Virus record (IMG/VR): IMGVR_UViG_3300020402_000154
Coordinates: 1-24,735 of that record
From: a virus
Taxonomy: Duplodnaviria > Caudoviricetes
Length of the DNA stretch: 24,735 nt
Strand: one strand, 5' to 3'
This document shows positions 1 to 7,920 of the stretch, one piece after another. How positions within the stretch are numbered: the stretch's first letter is position 1; every line of letters starts with the position of its first letter. Under the pieces are notes generated by a model that ran no database searches, had not been told where the DNA came from, and saw nothing but the letters and a program-made list of their open reading frames with translations. The position numbers were made by a program, and so were the translations under genes.

Positions 1-79
1 TACTTCCGGTAGTTCCAGAAGCAGCCATACTTTGGTCTGCTGTGCTAAGTCCTGATCCATCTGATCTACCTAAATCCAT
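1..79 (-). CDS. 5' part of a hypothetical protein running off the left edge (MDLGRSDGSGLSTADQSMAASGTTGS...)
   Basis: ATG at 79-77 overlaps the TAA of the 1404 aa gene (TAATG); frame is open to the window edge; not in the ORF track. Confidence 0.7.
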   Translation of the reverse strand, partial: MDLGRSDGSGLSTADQSMAASGTTGS

Positions 80-3000
80 TATGCTAATCCTCTGTTTTTA
101 AGTGTTATCATTTTTTCCTCTTCTGATAATAACGCCTGTTCCATCATAGTCAACCCTGTTTGAGTTACAGGTGGTGGACTTTGTACTATCGCTGCGTTTG
201 GCATAGGCTGTTCTGGTAATGGTGGAACCATACTAGTGTTAGATTCTTCCAACAAATAATCCTCTTCATTTATTATAAAGGGTTGATTTAATTTTTGTTT
301 GTATAATTTATCTTCTATTTTACCTAGTTGTTTTAATACTCTATTATTTAATGGATTTGGTATATTTTTTTCCTCTGATTCTTTAGCGTACGCTGCAATA
401 ACATTATCACTTATAGAGAAAGGTTTAAATTTATTGTCTTCTATAAAAGAATACAAGTTTATTGCACCTCGATCATCAAACTCCTCTGCTATTTTTTTAT
501 CTCTTAAACCTAAAACTTTTACAGCGTCATACAATCTACGCATTTTATTGTATGTTTCTAATCTTTGTTTGTTAGCCTCTATATATTGCCTAATGATTTG
601 ATTTTCGTCTTTTATAGGATCTCCTGTTCTTGTGCCTCTGTATATTAAATTACGTTCATTTCGTTCATCTCTTTTAAATTCTTGTATTCTAAAATTAAGA
701 GTTTTTTCAAGATCAAGTGGCACTTTTCTAAATCCAAATAGTCCCATAAGTTCATCTGGTATTTCATATTTTGTGCCTTTTACAGTTTGATCTGTTAATG
801 CTTTGTATAATCTTACTAACTGTTCTCTAGACCCTGGTGATAGTTCTTTAGCTGCATATTGCACAGCCGCTGCAAATTTATCGCCTGGTGACATTCTTTC
901 GTTCCAAATTTGTCTGCCTTCTTTTGTTCTACCATTTCTAGCAAAAATATCTAATACAACACCTGTCCAGATAGATTCTTGAATAAAAGGTTCAAAAACT
1001 TTTGCTGTAGATTTTACCATACCATCTAAAAGTTGTGGAACTAACGGTGCATTAGGATCTCTTTGCACAGTTGCTAGTGTGGTTTGCACAGGTTGAATCA
1101 TTGTGTCATAGAAAAAACCGTGACTAAAATCTATATATTTGTATTTACCATTTTCATATACAGGTAAAATAGTGTTATCTTCTGACCATGTTGGTAATAC
1201 TTCTCTCATAGCATTAATTTGTTCTCTAGTTATTCCATATAAATATCTAAATCCTTCTGTGGCTATTACAGGTATAGCGGTGTAAGTAGCTGCTTGACCT
1301 ACTAAACTGTTGTAACCAATTTGCTTTCTTACAGGATCTTTAATTTCTTTCAATGCTCTTGCAGTTGTGTTTACACCTGTTCTATATATCTCTGCAGGGA
1401 AAGCTGCGAAACTACCAAGTGGTGAACGTCTAACACTTTTTACAAAATCGGATACGTATGCGTAGTTAGGAACAGTTTCTCTTACAATCTGTGCTGCCTC
1501 TTTCATTAATTCAAGATCTGTTGGTTTAGTTGCTTGTGTTACTACTTTACCATTTATATCTTTAATACCTTTTTTAATTGCAACAGTAAAAGCATTGTCT
1601 AATTTATAAAATTCAGCTAAAAAATTATACACTCTAAAAAAGTCATCTTCTGCTGTGTACAAGTCTTGTGCTACATCATACAATCTTTTAAATTTACGTG
1701 TGCCTGTATTTAATATTTTATTAAAAAATTGATCAGCTGACATGTTAGCTGTTCTAACTTGTGTTATATCAGAGAAGATACCTTCTAATTCTCTAGCTAC
1801 AATATTTTGGTTAGTAACACCTTCTTCTAATAAAAATCTATAGAGAGACTGATTTTCAGTCATATTTCTAAATCTTGGATTACCCGTCATTCTATATAAC
1901 AATTGTGGTTGCACGGTTTTTCTAGATTTGTTTAAAAATTCTGCAATCTTTGATGGTGGTATTAAGATGTTTCCTCTGTGTATTGTTGTAAACATAGAAG
2001 AGAAAAAATTTCTAGCGTGTGTAAAAGGACCCAAAATGGTTTTAGCTGCTTGTGATAAACCTTTTGGTATTAAGTTAAGAAATCTGTAAGCTAAACTTCT
2101 TGTAAGTGCACTACCTACCACTGCGTCTCCCACTCTAATAGCTTCGCCATATGGAACTGTTGTAAAGTATCCATCTAACGGACTTTTATAAATTGTTTCT
2201 GGTAAAGCTGATTTTAAACTTAAAGGAACTTTAGAGATTTCTTGATTTGGTAAATTTACTACAGCGTCGTTATAGTTTCTAAAAAATATGGGTCTACCTT
2301 CTGCAGCTCTAATAATATCAGGGTTGCCTTGTTTAATAGCTGCTGCAATTCTTTTGCTTTCATTTAACAACGTTTGATAAAAATTATCTCTTGCAACTGT
2401 TTCTGCGAGTTCAGCTGCTACATTGTATATGCCTTTTTGTACATCTCTATACTCACCAAATAATTTTTTAAATGCATTAAGATCAGATTCTGTTTGTATT
2501 AATCCACCTTTACCGTCTGCTTTAAATTTACCTGTGGTAATATATTTACCCATATTAACTCTTTGCACTGCTTTATCTGCTAAAGCACTTTGTTCTCCAA
2601 TATCAAACACTAATTCTTTTGTTGTTTTATCTTTAAATGCGTTTTTAGTTATGTCGTTTACTAATTTATTAGCTGTATCATCATCTAATTTTTTTCCATT
2701 ATCTCTTGCATATCTTTTTAAAATATTAGCAACCACTTTTATATCCTCGGCAGCAGGTTTAAATCCATTAAATAAACCTCTGTTGTCATCAATAATTTTG
2801 TAATCTACTGATAAAACATTTTTAACTCTTTCATTTAATATTTTATTTAATTTTTCTTTTCCTACTGTTACATTTTTACTAGCTGCAATTAAGTTTTTTA
2901 ATTTAGCTGCAGTTTCTCTAAAAGCTGTAGCATCTGATATTATTTTGTTTGTAGATTTTTTAGACACTCCTAATTTATTTAAAGCTTCTGTAAATTTTTT

Positions 3001-4293
3001 TGTGCCTTGTTTTGCAAACCCAGGAAAAATTATATTGTTTTTAGTAATAACGTCATCGGTGCTTTTAAACATAAACTCAGATATAACTTTAGAAAATGTA
3101 TCTGGATCTTTTACTGCTTGCGCCGCGCCACTTGTTTCTTTTGAAATCTCTCTTAATCTATCATCAAAATTTCTAGAGGCATCTTGTGCTAATACTTTTA
3201 TTGAAGATTTTTTACCTTCTAATTTTTGTATACCATCAAATAATTCTTGAGTTTTATTGCTTCTAGATCTAAATGGTTTACCAACAAATCTGTCTATCCA
3301 TCTCTCTAACATACTATCACTATATGTAAGTTCTTTACCTTTTTGCACAAGAAGTTTACCAACTTTACCTGTGCCTACAACAAAAGGTATGATGGGAAAA
3401 CCTAACTCTGCACCAAATTTTAATCTATTTAATAATTGTCTTTGTGCATCATCAGCGCCTAACTCTTTTTGTTCTCTATCTAATCCTGTAGGTAAAAAAT
3501 CTAAATAATCCCAATCACCAAACGTACCTATATCTTCTACGTCTGATACGATAAAACCACCTCCAACTCCTCCACCCACAGCAATGGCTATAAATTTATC
3601 TTTGCCTGTTATTCTATTTAAATCCTTTGCTTTTTTAACAGCTCTTGCTGCATTTATATTGTTTGTAGTTTTAACATATCTACCCTGTTTAATAGCGCTT
3701 ACTAATTGTCTAACTTTTTGAGATGTTTTTTCTATAACAGGTATAGCTGTTTTTTGTGCTATTTTACCTGCACCATATAATTGACCAATCGCTTCTGTAA
3801 TTTTACCAGCTGCTGTCTCTGCTGCGACTTCTGACGATGCTGTTTCTATTTTACCTAATGTTGTTTGCTCAAAAGCTTCATTAAACTTAGCTGTTAATGT
3901 TTCGTCTACGGGTATATCTTGATCTCTGAATATATCAGTAAGTAAAGTTCCAAACGTTACAAGTCCTTTTGGTATTTTTATACCAGCACTGATACCAGCT
4001 CCAACTAAGGACTCTACAAGAGATACATCTTCTTCTACCTCTTTACCTTGCACTTTGTCTACAATTTTACTGATGCCTCTAATTTGTTCTTCTATTAAAG
4101 TTCCAGTAACACTGTCTTTTGAAATAAGGCCTTTTTCTTTTAATACATCTAAACCTTTAGGCTCTTCTGTTTGTTCTGTTTCTTCTTCTACTGTTTCTAA
4201 ATTAAACTCAGCGTCTTTTGGAATATCTTCTACTTTATCTTCTTCTAGTGATTCATCTTCTTCAATGAGGATAAATTCTCTTTCATCAATCAT
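79..4293 (-). CDS. Large putative internal virion / DNA ejection protein (1404 aa)
   Basis: Long ORF with very acidic N-terminus, Gly/Ala-rich hydrophobic stretch (FIAIAVGGGVGGGFIV), helical-looking body and Pro-rich C-terminal tail; last of a block downstream of the nozzle-like gene, where podoviral ejection proteins usually sit. Confidence 0.6.
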   Translation of the reverse strand: MIDEREFILIEEDESLEEDKVEDIPKDAEFNLETVEEETEQTEEPKGLDVLKEKGLISKDSVTGTLIEEQIRGISKIVDKVQGKEVEEDVSLVESLVGAGISAGIKIPKGLVTFGTLLTDIFRDQDIPVDETLTAKFNEAFEQTTLGKIETASSEVAAETAAGKITEAIGQLYGAGKIAQKTAIPVIEKTSQKVRQLVSAIKQGRYVKTTNNINAARAVKKAKDLNRITGKDKFIAIAVGGGVGGGFIVSDVEDIGTFGDWDYLDFLPTGLDREQKELGADDAQRQLLNRLKFGAELGFPIIPFVVGTGKVGKLLVQKGKELTYSDSMLERWIDRFVGKPFRSRSNKTQELFDGIQKLEGKKSSIKVLAQDASRNFDDRLREISKETSGAAQAVKDPDTFSKVISEFMFKSTDDVITKNNIIFPGFAKQGTKKFTEALNKLGVSKKSTNKIISDATAFRETAAKLKNLIAASKNVTVGKEKLNKILNERVKNVLSVDYKIIDDNRGLFNGFKPAAEDIKVVANILKRYARDNGKKLDDDTANKLVNDITKNAFKDKTTKELVFDIGEQSALADKAVQRVNMGKYITTGKFKADGKGGLIQTESDLNAFKKLFGEYRDVQKGIYNVAAELAETVARDNFYQTLLNESKRIAAAIKQGNPDIIRAAEGRPIFFRNYNDAVVNLPNQEISKVPLSLKSALPETIYKSPLDGYFTTVPYGEAIRVGDAVVGSALTRSLAYRFLNLIPKGLSQAAKTILGPFTHARNFFSSMFTTIHRGNILIPPSKIAEFLNKSRKTVQPQLLYRMTGNPRFRNMTENQSLYRFLLEEGVTNQNIVARELEGIFSDITQVRTANMSADQFFNKILNTGTRKFKRLYDVAQDLYTAEDDFFRVYNFLAEFYKLDNAFTVAIKKGIKDINGKVVTQATKPTDLELMKEAAQIVRETVPNYAYVSDFVKSVRRSPLGSFAAFPAEIYRTGVNTTARALKEIKDPVRKQIGYNSLVGQAATYTAIPVIATEGFRYLYGITREQINAMREVLPTWSEDNTILPVYENGKYKYIDFSHGFFYDTMIQPVQTTLATVQRDPNAPLVPQLLDGMVKSTAKVFEPFIQESIWTGVVLDIFARNGRTKEGRQIWNERMSPGDKFAAAVQYAAKELSPGSREQLVRLYKALTDQTVKGTKYEIPDELMGLFGFRKVPLDLEKTLNFRIQEFKRDERNERNLIYRGTRTGDPIKDENQIIRQYIEANKQRLETYNKMRRLYDAVKVLGLRDKKIAEEFDDRGAINLYSFIEDNKFKPFSISDNVIAAYAKESEEKNIPNPLNNRVLKQLGKIEDKLYKQKLNQPFIINEEDYLLEESNTSMVPPLPEQPMPNAAIVQSPPPVTQTGLTMMEQALLSEEEKMITLKNRGLA

Positions 4294-4299
4294 ATGAAA

Positions 4300-5178
4300 T
4301 TACCTCTTTGTTTTAAACTTAGGCGTCAGTGTTACACCGTCATAAAGATACCATGTTTTATCCTTATAATTATAGTAGAGATTATTAGTGTTTAATCTAT
4401 CTGCGTCTTCTGGAACTAATGTTCCTTTTTTCTCACCCGGTTTATAATTAGTCTCCGGTGGTAGGTAATATAAATTATTATCTATAGTAAATTTACCTTC
4501 TTGAAATGTTTTGTTTTTTACTAAAGCGTCTTTTGCTCCAGCTATATCTCTAGCTGCTGATGGTATAAAATAAGATTGTTTAGTTATTCTATTTCTCTCT
4601 CTTTTCATTATGCCTTCAGCTTCATTATTTAAAGTTTCTCTTAAAATAGTTGCTGATGATTTACCTTGTCTAAATCTATCTTGGTTAAATAATTCTAAGG
4701 CATATTTTTGCACGTTACCACCATATTGTTCTTTTAATTTAGGATCAAATTTAAATGCATCTCGTGCTTGTAAAATATATTTTTGTAAACCACCCGTGCC
4801 CATTTTTCCTATTAAAGATGCAGCTATTTTTCTTCTACTTGCATCTTTTAATTGTTGAGCTTTAATAGCTTTATCTAATGGCCCTTTGGCTGCACCTACA
4901 ATCTCTTGTAGTTTTGTGCCACCAGCTGCAGTGCCACCTATAAGATTAGCACCTGTTTGTAATAAAAATTGTGTTAACGGATTTGCTAACGGACTAGACC
5001 CTGTTCCAGCAACAGCATCAATTAAATTAACTCTGCTTTGAATATTTTTTAATTGGTCTGCCATTTCATTTGACATACCTTTATCTTGAAACATTTCTCT
5101 AGGCTTAATACCAGTCATAACACCTTCCATAACTTCTCCGCCTTTTCTAAACATTGGTCTTTTTAATACTCTGCTCAT
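4300..5178 (-). CDS. Putative internal virion protein (292 aa)
   Basis: ORF coupled by TAATG to the upstream gene; N-terminal MSRVLKRPMFRKGG; amphipathic segment LTQFLLQTGANLIGG; position in the internal-protein block. Confidence 0.55.
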   Translation of the reverse strand: MSRVLKRPMFRKGGEVMEGVMTGIKPREMFQDKGMSNEMADQLKNIQSRVNLIDAVAGTGSSPLANPLTQFLLQTGANLIGGTAAGGTKLQEIVGAAKGPLDKAIKAQQLKDASRRKIAASLIGKMGTGGLQKYILQARDAFKFDPKLKEQYGGNVQKYALELFNQDRFRQGKSSATILRETLNNEAEGIMKRERNRITKQSYFIPSAARDIAGAKDALVKNKTFQEGKFTIDNNLYYLPPETNYKPGEKKGTLVPEDADRLNTNNLYYNYKDKTWYLYDGVTLTPKFKTKR

Positions 5179-6008
5179 TATGATATCAATTGTAGTTTCT
5201 GTGTTGGTGGACTAATTAATCTGTAAATACCAGCTAGTGTCGATGCTGTTCCAAGTCCTGTAGCCAATGGTGAAGGTGTCGGTGCAGGTGGTTGAATTAC
5301 ATCTCTTCCTGGATATCCAGCAATTAAACTTGTAACACCAGAGCCAAATTGTTGTGCTGCTTCTAGTGGTTGTAAAGCTTGTCTTGATAATAATTGTTGT
5401 TGCGCTGTTAATTGTTGTTGTTGTCTTGCCGCTTGTTGCGCACCTAAACCTGTTAGTGCAGAGATCTGTTGACCTAACAATGCAGGTGTTTGTTGCGCTA
5501 AATTAATATTTCTTAAGAAATCTTGTTGAGCTAATTGCTGTGCTTGACCAAAACCAGTTTGTAATAATTGAGCTTGTAATGCTGCTCTGTTTCTATCTGA
5601 TTGCGCTTGAAACTCTGCTCTTTGTACACCTTCTCTTCCACCACCAAAAGCTCCAGCTTGAATTGCTTGAGCAGATAATGCCGGTAAACCTTTTGCAGCT
5701 TGTCTATCAAACTCTGCTAATGTTGTGTCAATAACATCTTGTTGGAATGGAGACATGTAAGCTTGAAAAGCTGTAGGGCCTCTTAATTGTTGTGCTTGTG
5801 TTAAGAAAGGTTGAAAACCACCTAGACCAGAGGCAAGTCCTTCTGCTTGTGTTGTTAACGCACCAGGTCCAGCGATAAACTGTGGACCTTGTATTGTAGA
5901 AAGATCTGTAGTCTTAAATTGACCAATCGCTTTTGTAAGATCGTCTAAATATGTTTTTGCACCCGCTTCGATAAATTCTGCTGGGGCTGTTCTTACTACT
6001 TCCGCCAT
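5178..6008 (-). CDS. Gln/Ala/Gly-rich putative ejection (pilot/DNA-transfer-like) protein (276 aa)
   Basis: Q/A-rich coiled-coil-like composition, YMSPFQQDVID and GAFGGGREGV motifs, hydrophobic C-terminal segment (LATGLGTASTLAGIY). Confidence 0.6.
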   Translation of the reverse strand: MAEVVRTAPAEFIEAGAKTYLDDLTKAIGQFKTTDLSTIQGPQFIAGPGALTTQAEGLASGLGGFQPFLTQAQQLRGPTAFQAYMSPFQQDVIDTTLAEFDRQAAKGLPALSAQAIQAGAFGGGREGVQRAEFQAQSDRNRAALQAQLLQTGFGQAQQLAQQDFLRNINLAQQTPALLGQQISALTGLGAQQAARQQQQLTAQQQLLSRQALQPLEAAQQFGSGVTSLIAGYPGRDVIQPPAPTPSPLATGLGTASTLAGIYRLISPPTQKLQLIS

Positions 6009-7198
6009 TATGCTCTTCCTCCTGCTTCTAATCTTTTCATAGTATCATACATCCTTTGTGCTCCTAATTCGACGTTTCCGTCTCCTGCACCTCTTACAGC
6101 ATCTGCTGTAAATACAAATTCATTGTTTGATAACATTGCCGGAATGTCATCTGCTTTTTCTTTTATACCAACAGGTTGTATAAATCCACCGGTTTTTCTA
6201 AGGTCTAACTCTTTCACACCAGCTTGATTTTTTCTGATAGGTAGCCCCTCGATGCCCGCCGCTTGCATGGCGTTATCACTAGCGGTATCCATCTTACCAC
6301 CTAAAGCTGCTAGACCTCTTCCTTCTTTTGTTTTTCTCATACTCATTCTCTCAAATTCTTCCATTGCTTTTTCTGCTGCTTCTTTAGGAGATAAACCCAT
6401 ATCTAAATACTTTTCAAAAAGAGCTTCTAATATTTTATCGTTCTCTATATTAGATGCCATTTTTATTGGAATGTCTTCTTCAATACCAAAGTCTCCTGGT
6501 TTTGGTCCAAAAGGATTTACAGGTTGTGTTGGGTCTGGCGGTAATACTGGACCTTCAGCAAAACCTATTCTACCACCATCAGCCGAGTTTTGTCTTACAA
6601 ACTCTTCTATCTCTTCAGATCCTGCATTTGGATTTAAATTCGTATAATATAGTCTTAAATATTTTGCTGGATCTCTAGTTAATTCTTCTTCAGCTTGTTC
6701 TTCTGTCATACCATATTTAGATGTTAGAAAAGCCGACACTCCTGCTAGTGCAGCTCCTTTTCCTAAAGCACCAGTAATACCACCACCAGCAATTTTTTTA
6801 CCTGCCTCTGTCATGAACGCGGATATTGGATTACTATAGTCCATAGCTATGTTTGTAGCTGATCCTTGAGATAATAATGGACCAACAAAAGGTAGATTAC
6901 CAAATTGAAATCCTGATTTAACTCCTGGTTTTAACAAATTTCCAAATGAACCACCACCTAACTTAAATGTTGCTGCAGCTAATAAAGCAGCTTTACCTGC
7001 ATCAGAAGACACAATACTTTTTACACCTTTGGCAACTTTCTTAACACCTCTAGATATTTTTTTAAGTATACCAAAACCTGTTCGGCTACCCATATCAATA
7101 CCTCTGTAGTCACCGCCACCAATACCTTCTTTTGAAAGGCTCATGATACCGCCACCTTCACGTAATTGTCTCTCCATCTGTCCTCTTGATATTGCCAT
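6008..7198 (-). CDS. Putative internal virion protein with C-terminal DDIPAMLSNNEFV domain (396 aa)
   Basis: Basic amphipathic N-region, Ala/Gly hydrophobic segments, repeated xxGG motifs, C-terminal KADDIPAMLSNNEFVFTADAVRGAG. Confidence 0.6.
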   Translation of the reverse strand: MAISRGQMERQLREGGGIMSLSKEGIGGGDYRGIDMGSRTGFGILKKISRGVKKVAKGVKSIVSSDAGKAALLAAATFKLGGGSFGNLLKPGVKSGFQFGNLPFVGPLLSQGSATNIAMDYSNPISAFMTEAGKKIAGGGITGALGKGAALAGVSAFLTSKYGMTEEQAEEELTRDPAKYLRLYYTNLNPNAGSEEIEEFVRQNSADGGRIGFAEGPVLPPDPTQPVNPFGPKPGDFGIEEDIPIKMASNIENDKILEALFEKYLDMGLSPKEAAEKAMEEFERMSMRKTKEGRGLAALGGKMDTASDNAMQAAGIEGLPIRKNQAGVKELDLRKTGGFIQPVGIKEKADDIPAMLSNNEFVFTADAVRGAGDGNVELGAQRMYDTMKRLEAGGRA

Positions 7199-7244
7199 AA
7201 TTTAATTAAATCCTTATTGGCAGGTTTTAAATCCTGTAAACTCC

Positions 7245-7273
7245 AATCTACTTGGTTTTTCCAAATAAATCAA
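7245..7273 (-). promoter_or_regulatory. Candidate sigma70-type promoter for the internal-protein genes
   Basis: Minus strand reads TTGATT-N17-TAGATT (7273-7268 and 7250-7245), ending 46 nt upstream of the 7198 start, at one of the few intergenic gaps. Confidence 0.45.
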
Positions 7274-7415
7274 GACTAGGCATAACGACTGTTACATCCC
7301 TTTGAATGTCTTCTTCTGGCACGCCTTTTGCCTTCCAATCGTCTTCGTCTTTATAGACTTCACCTGTCTTTTTATTGCTTATTTTCTCTATTATATCTTT
7401 TGGTTTTATTAACAT
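7248..7415 (-). CDS. Small hypothetical protein, 55 aa (MLIKPKDIIEKISNKKTGEVYKDEDDWKAKGVPEEDIQRDVTVVMPSLDLFGKTK)
   Basis: Hand-translated; ATG overlaps the upstream stop (TAATG at 7415), TAG stop at 7250-7248; fills a gap left by the ORF track. Confidence 0.8.
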   Translation of the reverse strand: MLIKPKDIIEKISNKKTGEVYKDEDDWKAKGVPEEDIQRDVTVVMPSLDLFGKTK

Positions 7416-7756
7416 TACGTTGTTACCTCTCTCGGCTGTATTTGTAATATAGAAGCTATAACGTGCAGCTCGTTCGCGTCACTAGCTTGTACCTTTAATA
7501 TCTCACTTTCCTCTACTACAAGAGGGTGAGTTAAAAGTTCGGTTGTTGTATTAGATGCTACAGCTTTAGTCTTGAATAAACTAAACACGTTACCAGAAGA
7601 ATCTGTTAAAGTAACATCTATGTTACAGCTAGATCCTGAATCATTAGATACCAATAACGACTTAATTAAAGAAACGTTAGCAGTTGGAGTTGTGTACAAC
7701 GTAGTATTATCTGTTGATGTTAGATCTACCTTTGCATTTACGAAACTGTTTGCCAT
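7415..7756 (-). CDS. Small beta-rich putative virion structural protein (113 aa)
   Basis: Coupled ORF; Thr/Ser/Val-rich beta-strand pattern; directly downstream of the nozzle-like gene pair. Confidence 0.6.
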   Translation of the reverse strand: MANSFVNAKVDLTSTDNTTLYTTPTANVSLIKSLLVSNDSGSSCNIDVTLTDSSGNVFSLFKTKAVASNTTTELLTHPLVVEESEILKVQASDANELHVIASILQIQPREVTT

Positions 7757-7920
7757 TAATCTAAAAAGAAGCTTTGTGCCTCTACCTCTTGTTTTAATTC
7801 TTCTTGAAACGTTGTATTTAATTTTTGTATGACAGCATCAAGATCTCTAACCTGTGCGTCAGCAACATCTTGTCTATACTCTTTACTAGGTCTTGTTAAT
7901 ATCTGTACTATCTTTGCCAT
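7756..7920 (-). CDS. Small hypothetical, coiled-coil-like protein, 54 aa (MAKIVQILTRPSKEYRQDVADAQVRDLDAVIQKLNTTFQEELKQEVEAQSFFLD)
   Basis: Hand-translated; exactly fills the gap with TAATG overlaps at both ends (7920 and 7756); not in the ORF track. Confidence 0.85.
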   Translation of the reverse strand: MAKIVQILTRPSKEYRQDVADAQVRDLDAVIQKLNTTFQEELKQEVEAQSFFLD

